Part shown: positions 19,229-27,617 of the stretch, piece by piece
Layout of the letters: each line of letters opens with the position of its first letter
Numbering within the stretch: the first letter of the stretch is position 1
Source of the DNA: a virus
Taxonomy: Duplodnaviria > Caudoviricetes
IMG/VR virus record: IMGVR_UViG_3300032305_001986
Span: 1 to 44,713 of that record
Reading direction: 5' to 3' (one strand)
DNA: 44,713 nt
Position numbers and translations under genes: made by a program
Notes under the pieces: model-generated
Database searches by the model: none
What the model was told of the DNA's origin: nothing
Seen by the model: the letters and a program-made list of their open reading frames with translations, nothing else

Positions 19229-19569
19229 TGCCCTTCGGTCACCTGATCGATCAGACCGAGCTCCAGTCCAAAAAAGTCACCAAGGCCCGATTTCGCAAGC
19301 GGATCTTCGCCGAGTGGGACCACCAGTGCGCCTACTGCACCGACCCAGCCGACACCCTGGACCACGTGCTGCCACGCTCCCGTGGCGGGCTGACCGTGGC
19401 CGAGAACTTGGTGCCGGCCTGCGGCAGGTGCAACGGGGCCAAGGGCTCTACCGACTGGCGGGAGTGGTTTGCCCAGCAACCCTGGCACTGCCCTGCGCGG
19501 GCGGCGCGGATTGATGGGTGGATCAATGGGACTCAACAGACTGAAGCATCTCCAAAGCCTCAGCCGTGA
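19228..19569 (+). CDS. HNH endonuclease
   Basis: CAYC...TLDHVLPRSRGG...NLVPACGRCNGAKG. True start is probably ATG 19228 (TGATG overlap), not 18904. Confidence 0.9.
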   Translation: MPFGHLIDQTELQSKKVTKARFRKRIFAEWDHQCAYCTDPADTLDHVLPRSRGGLTVAENLVPACGRCNGAKGSTDWREWFAQQPWHCPARAARIDGWINGTQQTEASPKPQP

Positions 19570-19584
19570 CGGTCCTTTAAGGCG

Positions 19585-20733
19585 ATGACCGAACGCACCT
19601 ACCAATGTCGCCGGTCGAGGCCCTGTAGAGCCTGGATCCCTGAATCGTCGATTGAGTGGGTTGAAGACTCGGGCCAGAAGCGGCCGATGTGCAAACCGGG
19701 ATGCTGCCCAAACGGGAAACGCAACGACACAACCGATGAACTACTGGCCCTGCAGCTTGAGGCGCGGCGGTTGCGGGCAGAGACGCGGGATGCCAAGGCC
19801 AGCGCCGAGAGGGCTCTAGCCAAGTTGGAAACGGTGCAGGATGCGCTGACGCTGGCGCTTGAAATCAAGGACATTTTCGACCAGGGCACCATCACCCCGC
19901 CAAAGGATCCGCAGAAGGATGAGGCGGTGCCAATCTTGCTGCTGTCTGATCTGCACTGCGGGCAGATCGTCAAGCCGTCATCCGTCAACGGGCTCAATGA
20001 GTTCAACCCAGAGATTTTTGACGACCGGCTAGATGCCGTGTTCCGCAATGCGCTGAAGGTGATCAACGGACAACGGAGCACGGCGACAATTCGGGAGGCC
20101 GTGATCTGGTTGGGCGGCGATCTAATCGAGGGGGAGCTCCACGGTGACGCGGTGCAGAATCAGACGCTGACCACAACGCAGCAGATTGTCCGGTGTGAGC
20201 GGGCGATCGTGCGAGGCCTGGACTACCTGCTGCAGCACTCTGGCCTAGAGAGAATCCTCATCCCGTGCAACGTGGGCAACCACGGGCGAAACACCAAGAA
20301 GCAGCAGTCCAACGCCACGGAGAACAGCTACGAGCATCTGGCGTACTGCTCAATGCGCCGGCACTACCGGGACGAATCGCGGCTGGAGTGGTTCATTGCC
20401 GATGCTGATTGCCTCTACCTGGACGTGTACGGCAAGCGGTTGCGATTCTTCCATGGCGATTCGGTTCGATACAACGGCGGGGCGGCCGGGCCACTGTGGA
20501 ACGTGGACAAGCACGCCAAGAACCTGGATCAGTCGGTGCCGGCTGATCACACGTTCCACGGCCATTTCCACACGCTGGGGTTCGGCTCTAGGGCCACCAG
20601 CAATGGCAGCCTCCCAGGATGCGCACCCTACGGCCTACAGAGCGGCTACCGGATCGAGCGACCACAGCAGGGGATGCGATTTCTGCACAGCCACAAGGGC
20701 TTTGCCGGATCGTTCCCCATCTTCACCGAGTAA
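19585..20733 (+). CDS. calcineurin-like metallophosphoesterase with N-terminal Cys-rich and coiled-coil region
   Basis: Motifs SDLH, GGDLIEG, GNH, HGD and GHFH in the canonical order. Confidence 0.85.
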   Translation: MTERTYQCRRSRPCRAWIPESSIEWVEDSGQKRPMCKPGCCPNGKRNDTTDELLALQLEARRLRAETRDAKASAERALAKLETVQDALTLALEIKDIFDQGTITPPKDPQKDEAVPILLLSDLHCGQIVKPSSVNGLNEFNPEIFDDRLDAVFRNALKVINGQRSTATIREAVIWLGGDLIEGELHGDAVQNQTLTTTQQIVRCERAIVRGLDYLLQHSGLERILIPCNVGNHGRNTKKQQSNATENSYEHLAYCSMRRHYRDESRLEWFIADADCLYLDVYGKRLRFFHGDSVRYNGGAAGPLWNVDKHAKNLDQSVPADHTFHGHFHTLGFGSRATSNGSLPGCAPYGLQSGYRIERPQQGMRFLHSHKGFAGSFPIFTE

Positions 20734-20737
20734 CCGT

Positions 20738-20902
20738 CTAAGGCGTCGGGATCCCGCGAGAGGCGCACATCATCTCCAGCATCGCCACCGCCCGCTGACC
20801 GCAGTAGCAGCGCACCTCAGTGCCCAGGCCCACCACGACCCAGCAGGCACCACCACGGGCGTCACGCTCCACGGTGATGTAGGGCGGGGGCTCGCGCTGC
20901 AC
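20738..20902 (-). CDS. possible small hypothetical protein
   Basis: Fills the gap between two + strand genes (QREPPPYITVERDARGGACWVVVG...). Start uncertain. Confidence 0.35.
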   Translation of the reverse strand: MQREPPPYITVERDARGGACWVVVGLGTEVRCYCGQRAVAMLEMMCASRGIPTP

Positions 20903-20927
20903 AGACTGAACCAACTGCGTTGCGGAC

Positions 20928-21209
20928 ATGCTGGGCCTCGATCTCACCCTCAGCCTGTCGAGCTGTTTCGAGATGGAGCGCGACCGCCGCGCCGCCGCGC
21001 ACATGGGCCGGGACCAGCTGGCAGAGCGCTGCGATGAGCTGATTCAGGCCTGGTATCACCAGCAGCATTTGATCATTGAGCTGCAGCGCAAGGCGGCCAA
21101 CCTGCAGGTGGAGCTGGCGCTGAAGGGTGCGCCGGTGCTGGGCGAGCCGACGGGTGAACATCATCAGTGGGCGCGGGAGCTGGGACTGGGGCGCCGCTCA
21201 GCAGCCTGA
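20928..21209 (+). CDS. hypothetical coiled-coil protein
   Basis: 93-aa ORF preceded by the late motif at 20902. Confidence 0.65.
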   Translation: MLGLDLTLSLSSCFEMERDRRAAAHMGRDQLAERCDELIQAWYHQQHLIIELQRKAANLQVELALKGAPVLGEPTGEHHQWARELGLGRRSAA

Positions 21210-21241
21210 CCCCATCAACACCCGCCAGGTGGGCCACCCCA

Positions 21242-22303
21242 TCACCAACTCCCGCCACTAACCACCAGCTGCAGCCGCTCCCGCAGCGCCAGCCAGTTTC
21301 GCAAATTGGATCCGCATCTGCGTAAGACAACAGGCTGGGGCTTGACCCTTTCGACTGGTACCAGCACCAGCTGGTCTGGCCGCTCTCGCTTTCGCCTGGG
21401 CCACTTCTTCAGCTCAACCTTTTCCCGCGCCACAGCCACCAGCACCAGCTGCACCGACTCAGCCGCCAGCGATGCCTGCAGCCGCTCTAGCCGTACCTCC
21501 AGAGCCCGTGTGCTCAGGCCCTCCTGCTGGGCCAGTTCTGCGCGGGGGATCTCCACACCGTCGAGGCCCCAGGCCATGCACAGCAACCGCTGATCCTGCG
21601 GCGGCAACCTGGCGATCAGGCCGCGCAGTTGCTCAGCCTGCCGCCAGCGTTCGCGCTCATCATCCTCATCCTCTAGCGACCGGTCCCACACCGCCACCGT
21701 GCTACCAAGCTCCAGCCCGTCATCGGTTACCACTTGGTCGAGCGACCCTATCCCCCGACCGTTTTCGCGCACTGCTGCCAGGACCTTCAGGCTGACACCC
21801 AGCTCGGTGGCGATCTCGGCTTGCGTTGGCAGTCGACCTAACTCACGCTCTAGTCGTTGCGTGATCGGGCCCAGTTTCGCCAGGTGCTGGCAGTGGGAAC
21901 CTGGAATGGCGATCGACCGGCCGTGCCTGTCAACCCATGAGTTGACGCCTTGGCGAATCCACCAGTACCCATAGGTGGAGAACCGGTAGCCACGGGTCGG
22001 GTCGAATCGCTCAGCGGCGGTGATCAGGGCCATGTTGCCCGCCTGGATCAGATCCTCGCGGTCAAACGCTTTGGCCAGCCGGTGGCAGCGCTTGGCCACG
22101 TAGTCGACCACCAGCCGGAGATTGGCGCTCACAAACCGGTCGCGGGCCCGTATGCCCCTGCGCCGAATGCCTGGCGGGCACGGGTCGGGATGCTGCTGCC
22201 ATCGCTGGATCGCGGTGCCCAGCTCAATTTCCTCGGCCGGCGTGAGCAGGGGCACCCGGCCGATCGATTCGAGCCACCAGGACTGTGATGAGCTGGCAGG
22301 CAC
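21242..22303 (-). CDS. phage-encoded sigma-70 family (RpoD/group 2-like) sigma factor
   Basis: IGRVPLLTPAEEIEL (region 1.2), ANLRLVV, DLIQAGNMAL...AERFDPTRGYRFSTYGYWWIRQ (region 2), ELGRLPTQAEIA (region 3) and a degenerate region 4. Confidence 0.93.
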   Translation of the reverse strand: MPASSSQSWWLESIGRVPLLTPAEEIELGTAIQRWQQHPDPCPPGIRRRGIRARDRFVSANLRLVVDYVAKRCHRLAKAFDREDLIQAGNMALITAAERFDPTRGYRFSTYGYWWIRQGVNSWVDRHGRSIAIPGSHCQHLAKLGPITQRLERELGRLPTQAEIATELGVSLKVLAAVRENGRGIGSLDQVVTDDGLELGSTVAVWDRSLEDEDDERERWRQAEQLRGLIARLPPQDQRLLCMAWGLDGVEIPRAELAQQEGLSTRALEVRLERLQASLAAESVQLVLVAVAREKVELKKWPRRKRERPDQLVLVPVERVKPQPVVLRRCGSNLRNWLALRERLQLVVSGGSW

Positions 22304-22335
22304 CGGGGCGAATGTGACGGATCTGCCTCATCATA

Positions 22336-22365
22336 GGTGCAAATCCGGTTCCTAACCGGTAGAGT
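22336..22365 (+). promoter_or_regulatory. putative early/middle promoter with 17-bp box
   Basis: GGTGCAAATCCGGTTCC-TAACCGG-TAGAGT. Confidence 0.65.
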
Positions 22366-22388
22366 CCGCAGGTCTGCACCGCTCGCCT

Positions 22389-22523
22389 GTGACCCCAACC
22401 CTCTACACCCCCACCGACGACGACCAGTCCGACGACAACCCGCCCCAGGAGTATCCCGACTGGTACGACCACCCCAGCATGACCGCTGAAGAACGCAACC
22501 CTTCGCTAGGCAGAACGCGATGA
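22389..22523 (+). CDS. small acidic hypothetical protein (44 aa)
   Basis: GTG start, MTPTLYTPTDDDQ...WYDHPSMTAEERNPSLGRTR*. First gene after the promoter at 22336-22365 and coupled to the next gene. Confidence 0.6.
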   Translation: MTPTLYTPTDDDQSDDNPPQEYPDWYDHPSMTAEERNPSLGRTR

Positions 22524-22837
22524 CTCCTATGCAGAACCCCACCCTCACCCCCTTGGAATGCGACGCCGCACTCTCCGACTTGATCCTGCGGGCCGCCCGT
22601 GCCGCGATCCCTGCACACGTCGACTCCCTGATGACCCTGCCCGACTGCGGCGAGCGGAACAGGCCGCTGACGCCGCTGCTGGTGGGGGTGATCGATGCGG
22701 CAAAGGTCACTGCCAGCGCGATCAATGACAACGCCTGGGATTCAGGCCCAGCGCTGCCCGCGGACATGGCCGATGCCCTGCTTATTGAGGTGGAGATCAT
22801 CCGCGAACTCATCACCTCTGCCCGTGACGCCTCTTGA
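22520..22837 (+). CDS. hypothetical protein
   Basis: 105-aa ORF in a coupled run of small genes. Confidence 0.6.
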   Translation: MTPMQNPTLTPLECDAALSDLILRAARAAIPAHVDSLMTLPDCGERNRPLTPLLVGVIDAAKVTASAINDNAWDSGPALPADMADALLIEVEIIRELITSARDAS

Positions 22838-22840
22838 ACC

Positions 22841-23017
22841 ATGTTCACCGGAATCACCCACAAAATCACTTATCGCCGTCCCACCGATGACACAATCCAC
22901 AAGCTCGAATGGACATGCCCCAAGGGGTGGAATCGTGCTGCCGTTCGAGAGGCGTTCCAGGTCCAATTCCCAGGCGCAGAGATTATCAGCATCATCGAGG
23001 CCCCATGCTCCATCTGA
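22841..23017 (+). CDS. small hypothetical protein (58 aa)
   Basis: MFTGITHKITYRRPTDDTIHKLEWTCPKGW...; starts 3 nt after the previous stop. Not in the ORF track. Confidence 0.55.
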   Translation: MFTGITHKITYRRPTDDTIHKLEWTCPKGWNRAAVREAFQVQFPGAEIISIIEAPCSI

Positions 23018-23190
23018 TCACCGCTTGGCTGCTGCGCTCCGGCAGGACCAGCAGCGACGTGCTGCAGCTGCTGCCCAGGCCGCTGCCCGTCGCCGAGCCG
23101 TGATCGCCCTTGTGCTGTGCCTGCTGGGCATGGTGGCTGGGGCTGCAGTGCTGGGGCGGGAGATTGAGATGCAGGGGGTGGAGGTGGGTC

Positions 23191-23547
23191 GTGGGTGATC
23201 ATCCTGTGAAAGTGCCGCCGGAGTTGTTCACGGAATGGCTTTCAGAAGATGTGTTGGATCACGGCAACAAGCCCGGAACTATTGCGTCACTGGTGGCCGA
23301 CAAGGCTGCGCAATGGGGCGCAGATCAGGAGCTGGAGGCGTGTTGTGAGTGGTTACAGGCCGGAGGATATTCCCGCGTTACTGCTGACAGACTCCGCGCC
23401 GCCCGCCGCCGCAGGCCGCCCAAGCCGCCGTCGCTGGCGGAGCAGGGGATGGCGGCGCTGCGGTCAACGGCCTGCACCGAGCAGCGCCACTACGACGCGA
23501 TGTTTGCCGCCCTTGACCGTCTCGCTGAGCTGGAGGCCCAGCAATGA
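23191..23547 (+). CDS. hypothetical phage protein (WGADQELEACCEWL motif)
   Basis: Protein-like part of ORF 23110..23547; GTG 23191 overlaps the upstream stop. Confidence 0.65.
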   Translation: MGDHPVKVPPELFTEWLSEDVLDHGNKPGTIASLVADKAAQWGADQELEACCEWLQAGGYSRVTADRLRAARRRRPPKPPSLAEQGMAALRSTACTEQRHYDAMFAALDRLAELEAQQ

Positions 23548-23789
23548 CACTCCGACTCCCTCCCCCTGGTTACCGCGTAGTTCGGGATAACTACGGCGGC
23601 TACGAGGCGCAATACCGGCCCTGGTGGTGCCCGTTCTGGCTGCAATGCTCACACGAGCATGGTGGGCGGGGCATCAATACAAACGTCTCACTGAGGCAGG
23701 CCCAGCAGCTGTGTGCTGCTCACAGACGGTGGCGTACTGGGCGGGTCTTGGCGCGGGTTTCTGTTAGGGGGTTGGGCAGTGATCGATGA
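23544..23789 (+). CDS. hypothetical protein
   Basis: 81 aa, ATGA coupling. Confidence 0.55.
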   Translation: MTLRLPPPGYRVVRDNYGGYEAQYRPWWCPFWLQCSHEHGGRGINTNVSLRQAQQLCAAHRRWRTGRVLARVSVRGLGSDR

Positions 23790-23826
23790 CTACTACTCGC
23801 AAACAAACACAACCAGAGCTTAAATC

Positions 23827-24063
23827 ATGAATAAAGTCCCGCCGTTTATTAGCTACGACTATCACCCTCTTTATGTAACCATTTTTGGCGAAAAAAGAAT
23901 ACTGCGTCATCCAAGTATTCGGGCGCTAGCAAAAGATGGAACGATCTGGGAAACAAACGAAAACGAAAACGGTCAATGGCAAGCCTGGATGAAGATCGGA
24001 CGACCACAGCCGCCCTCAATGTTTACACACAACCACAACCCCAACCATGATCACCCCCACTAA
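23827..24063 (+). CDS. hypothetical protein (AT-rich)
   Basis: 78 aa, visibly lower GC than its neighbours. Confidence 0.55.
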   Translation: MNKVPPFISYDYHPLYVTIFGEKRILRHPSIRALAKDGTIWETNENENGQWQAWMKIGRPQPPSMFTHNHNPNHDHPH

Positions 24064-24292
24064 GTGCCGCCACTGGCAATTCAACGTCGGCCAAACCGTT
24101 TACGCCCGCGGCTGGCCCAGTCAGGCCACCGCCAAGATCACCGCGCTTCGTGACATCAAAGCTGAGGACAAATGGGGCCGAACTGTTTTCGTTCCCGCCT
24201 ACCTAGTGGTGGATGACACGGGCGATGAGTGGCTCCTGGCCCAGATGCTGCTCAGCTCCACCACGATCAGGCTGGGGGTGGTGGCGCAGTGA
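24047..24292 (+). CDS. hypothetical protein, possible SH3-like barrel
   Basis: 81 aa, WQFNVGQTVYARGW...AYLVVDDTGDEW. Confidence 0.6.
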   Translation: MITPTKCRHWQFNVGQTVYARGWPSQATAKITALRDIKAEDKWGRTVFVPAYLVVDDTGDEWLLAQMLLSSTTIRLGVVAQ

Positions 24293-24768
24293 GCCTTGAG
24301 TGTCCGAAGTGTGGGGGCACATGGAGAACCACCCATAACCGGCCGACTAAAACCGGATGGTACAGACGCTGGCTGTGTAGAAACTGCGGCCACGCCAAAT
24401 CAATCAGCAGCCCTGACGCGGCTGATTTAACCGCTGAGCAGATCGAAAAACGCAGGCCAACCCCTAAACGCCGAGTGTCAGATTCGGACGCCATAACGAT
24501 CAGGGTATCCACTGACACCCGGCGAGAGCTGTCGGAACGGTATGGGATCAGCCCGGAGCTGGTCCGCCAGATCCAGCAGGGGATTGCATACCGCGATCTG
24601 CTGCCCGAAAACTTCCGCCGGCCACCGGGGCCGAACGATCCCAGCTGCGAACGGTGCAGGGAATGGCGGGGCATGGAGTCCGCCGACCCGTGCGGGATGG
24701 GGTTTCCTGATCCGGTAATCGAGGGCGTTGGGTTTGCTCGGGACTGTTCTGTGTATGTGGTGGGGTGA
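24289..24768 (+). CDS. zinc-ribbon plus HTH protein (putative regulator)
   Basis: CPKC...RRWLCRNC (NrdR-like ribbon), then RRELSERYGISPELVRQIQQG (HTH) and a further Cys cluster. GTG start at 24289. Confidence 0.7.
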   Translation: MSLECPKCGGTWRTTHNRPTKTGWYRRWLCRNCGHAKSISSPDAADLTAEQIEKRRPTPKRRVSDSDAITIRVSTDTRRELSERYGISPELVRQIQQGIAYRDLLPENFRRPPGPNDPSCERCREWRGMESADPCGMGFPDPVIEGVGFARDCSVYVVG

Positions 24769-24822
24769 TGGCCAACCACAGCACCCCGCTAACCCTGCGC
24801 GATGCACTGCAACAGCGCCTGA

Positions 24823-26139
24823 TCAGCTACGCGGCTGAGGTGCGATCGGGTCACCACCAGGCCCCACCGTCACCGACCGCAGCACCGCCGCAAACAGCAC
24901 CCGTTGCTGTTCAGGTGTCGCGCCATTGAAGAACCACGGATCCTGCAGCGCTTCATAGGCAGCAGGATCAATGGCCGGTTGCTCCACGCGCTGCGCCGTC
25001 TCGATTCGCTGCCGCTGCTCCGCCACTGCTGCCGCCATCGCCCGGTTGTCCGGGTTACGGGCCGCCATCCGCTCCATCAGCTCCAGCTCGCCGCGCATCG
25101 CTGCCAGTGCTGGATCTTCTGCTGCTGGTGCGCTCAGCACGGCCGCCAGCCGCCGCGCCTCAGCCACGCACGCCTCGACAACTACCGGCAGGATCCGATC
25201 CTCCCTGGCACCGCCGCGGGCATCGCAGAGCCGGTGCCGGCACCGCCACCAAGCCACGCCGTTCGACGTGTTTCGCCGCAGCAGGTGGCCGCAGGATGCG
25301 CACCGCAGCAGTCCCGTCAGCCCGTGCCGGGTTTCGGTGGTGCCAGTCCCCTTGAACCGGTTGGTGGGACGCTGCAGCAGTGCTGCCAGCTCCCGCCAGT
25401 CCTGTTCGCTGATCAGTGCTGGGTGCTGGTCGTAGTGGACCTCACCCCACTGCCGGCTCCAGCCCTTGCCACTGGCCTTGTCGAGCTGGTGGCCGATGTG
25501 CCCGCGGATCACCGGATTCACGAACCACGCCTGCAGGTTGGTGGCGGCTGGCGTCCATGCGCACCACTGGGGCATTGAGCGGGCCACCGCCGCGAACGAT
25601 CCAAGCCGGCGCAGTTCACGCAACACGCGCAACGCCTGCGGCCAGTGCTCAGGGTGCGGCTTCAGCCGATGGCCTGGCCCGTTCTGGTAGCCAAAGGGCT
25701 TACGTCGCCTGAGGTGCCGGCCCTCGGCGCGGTAGACGGTGAACTGGCGGCGTAGGCGCATCGAGAGCATGCGGGATTCCATCTCTGCCAGGCCCGTCTG
25801 CAGCCTGGCCATCAGGAACCCCTGCGGCGTTGCCGTTTCGATCGCTCCACCATCCAGCGCCCGCACCGTGACGCCTCGCGCCTCGCACTGGGCCAGTAGG
25901 GCGTCGGTGTAGGCCGCGTCACGCCCCAGCCGATCCACACGGGTCACCAGCAGCTCTGAGACCTCGCCGGCCTGCACCATTGCCATCAGTTCCAGCAGGC
26001 CATCCCGATCCGTGCTGCGGCCTGTCTCGATGTCGGTGATCACACGGCTGCAGCCGGCGGCATGGAGGCGGCTCACCTGGGCAGGGAGGGCGTCGGCCTG
26101 ATCGTCCTTGCTGACGCGGGCGTAGCCGATGGCAGCCAT
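24823..26139 (-). CDS. large serine recombinase (integrase), XisF-like
   Basis: IGYARVS catalytic motif, VTRVDRLGR, KPFGY, HPALIS, GLLRCASCG zinc ribbon and coiled-coil. Confidence 0.95.
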   Translation of the reverse strand: MAAIGYARVSKDDQADALPAQVSRLHAAGCSRVITDIETGRSTDRDGLLELMAMVQAGEVSELLVTRVDRLGRDAAYTDALLAQCEARGVTVRALDGGAIETATPQGFLMARLQTGLAEMESRMLSMRLRRQFTVYRAEGRHLRRRKPFGYQNGPGHRLKPHPEHWPQALRVLRELRRLGSFAAVARSMPQWCAWTPAATNLQAWFVNPVIRGHIGHQLDKASGKGWSRQWGEVHYDQHPALISEQDWRELAALLQRPTNRFKGTGTTETRHGLTGLLRCASCGHLLRRNTSNGVAWWRCRHRLCDARGGAREDRILPVVVEACVAEARRLAAVLSAPAAEDPALAAMRGELELMERMAARNPDNRAMAAAVAEQRQRIETAQRVEQPAIDPAAYEALQDPWFFNGATPEQQRVLFAAVLRSVTVGPGGDPIAPQPRS

Positions 26140-26171
26140 AGGATCGGCCCAGAACGGCCGCTCACACTACC

Positions 26172-26217
26172 CTGCGCTATGGACACTTTTTCTTTAGATA
26201 GCGGCAGCATAGCGCAG
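26172..26217. other. candidate attP site
   Basis: Perfect 10-bp inverted arms CTGCGCTATG (26172-26181) and CATAGCGCAG (26208-26217) around a 26-bp core containing an AT-rich run, 33 bp upstream of the integrase start. Confidence 0.6.
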
Positions 26218-26222
26218 TGCCG

Positions 26223-26573
26223 TCACGGATCGTTGTAAGGCCAAGGCTTGGCAGTCGGGTCCGGCGGCGGGAACGTAGGCATCGCAGTTTCAAACCACTG
26301 CGGACACATCTGCCGCGCCACGTATCGGGCCCTCTCCATTGCCCCCTTGCCGCCGACAAGAATCGTTGCAATCGAGCTGCTGAACCCGCCACCGGCAGCC
26401 ATCGCCATTGCTTCGGCTGCGGCGTTGTCTGCTTGATTTGCCGTCCGTCCCGCGTCACGTGCCGCGCAATACGCCGTAGCAGCAGCTGTGGCCGGGTCGT
26501 AGTTCCACTGGGCGGCGGCTGGTGTGCTGAGCAGGCAGGCGGCTAGCAGGGCGGTGGGGAGGGCTGGGGGCAT
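26223..26573 (-). CDS. secreted/periplasmic hypothetical protein
   Basis: Signal peptide-like N-terminus (ALLAACLLSTPAAA-Q) and two Cys in the mature part. Confidence 0.65.
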   Translation of the reverse strand: MPPALPTALLAACLLSTPAAAQWNYDPATAAATAYCAARDAGRTANQADNAAAEAMAMAAGGGFSSSIATILVGGKGAMERARYVARQMCPQWFETAMPTFPPPDPTAKPWPYNDP

Positions 26574-26580
26574 GGTGGGG

Positions 26581-27405
26581 TTAGGGCACCGGCAGGGCGT
26601 TGTGGGGAAGGGAGTGGGTGTAGATGCGCGGGAACTTGGCTAACCATGCGGCAGGGGCGAGAATCCACGTGTGCAGATCGGGCCTCAATGACTGACTGAA
26701 GAAGCACCTGCCCTCCGCATCACACCAACCTTGGCGCTCCCAAGGTCGCTCGGCAACGGGTACGGGGTTCAGCGTGGCGGGGGCAGCAAAATCGGGAATC
26801 CTGTCAACACTGGGGCAGCTGGCCGTATTGGTGGCTGCCCGTTCGTGGTCGGAGGTGGCACCCTCGCTCGCAAGGCGTTCTACCAGGCGCTTCACGCCGG
26901 GCGCTTGGCGTAGCGGGGGGATGCCGGCCCGCTCCAGCATGAAGTGGAACGACTCAGGGCGCTTTTCCTGGCCCTCGGGTGTGGCGACTTCACTCCTAGG
27001 GGTTGCCTGACTGGTGAACTGATACGTCTCGCCGCCGTGCTCAAAGGTGCCTGTGACCACCACGGGGGAGCGCAGGATTTGCTCAGCGGCAGCCTTGGCG
27101 TCGCCGTAGGTCGTCTCGACATTGAGCGGTCTCCATGCTGCAGGGCTGGCAAGATCCTGGGCCACCTGCTCACGCTCGGCGTCGCTCAGGTGCGAGGTAT
27201 CGACGTGGACGTGTTGGGTGGATTCCAGCGCTGCGATGCGTTGGTTCTGCTCTGTGTTGCATACAACCAGATCGTTTCGAGCTATGCACAGAGCCTGGAG
27301 GGTGTGGCGTAGTTCAAGGATGCAGGAGTGGGTCGCGCAGCCATCGGCGGCTTCGGATGCAACCAATTCCCATTCTGAGGGATCGGCGCGGCGCTGGTGG
27401 GTCAT
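26581..27405 (-). CDS. hypothetical protein
   Basis: 274-aa ORF in the leftward operon; C-terminal PVPVAERPWE...WCDAEGRC...THSLPHNALPVP. Confidence 0.65.
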   Translation of the reverse strand: MTHQRRADPSEWELVASEAADGCATHSCILELRHTLQALCIARNDLVVCNTEQNQRIAALESTQHVHVDTSHLSDAEREQVAQDLASPAAWRPLNVETTYGDAKAAAEQILRSPVVVTGTFEHGGETYQFTSQATPRSEVATPEGQEKRPESFHFMLERAGIPPLRQAPGVKRLVERLASEGATSDHERAATNTASCPSVDRIPDFAAPATLNPVPVAERPWERQGWCDAEGRCFFSQSLRPDLHTWILAPAAWLAKFPRIYTHSLPHNALPVP

Positions 27406-27617
27406 GGCCGTGGCTCCGTGGTGGGATTAAGGAATGGAATGCCGGTAGTTCGGCGCTCGATGATGCGGGTTCTTCTGAGGTTAGGGCTTTCGATGTAGGC
27501 GCCGGGTGGAATGGTGATCGTTTCAGGCTCTGGGCTTGCTGGCGGCGCCATCAAGCCCGCTCTGATCAGAGCTTGGCTGATGGTTTCGCCGGGATGGAGG
27601 CGGATGGTGATGGTCAT
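27402..27617 (-). CDS. hypothetical protein
   Basis: 71 aa, ATGA coupling on both sides. Confidence 0.55.
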   Translation of the reverse strand: MTITIRLHPGETISQALIRAGLMAPPASPEPETITIPPGAYIESPNLRRTRIIERRTTGIPFLNPTTEPRP

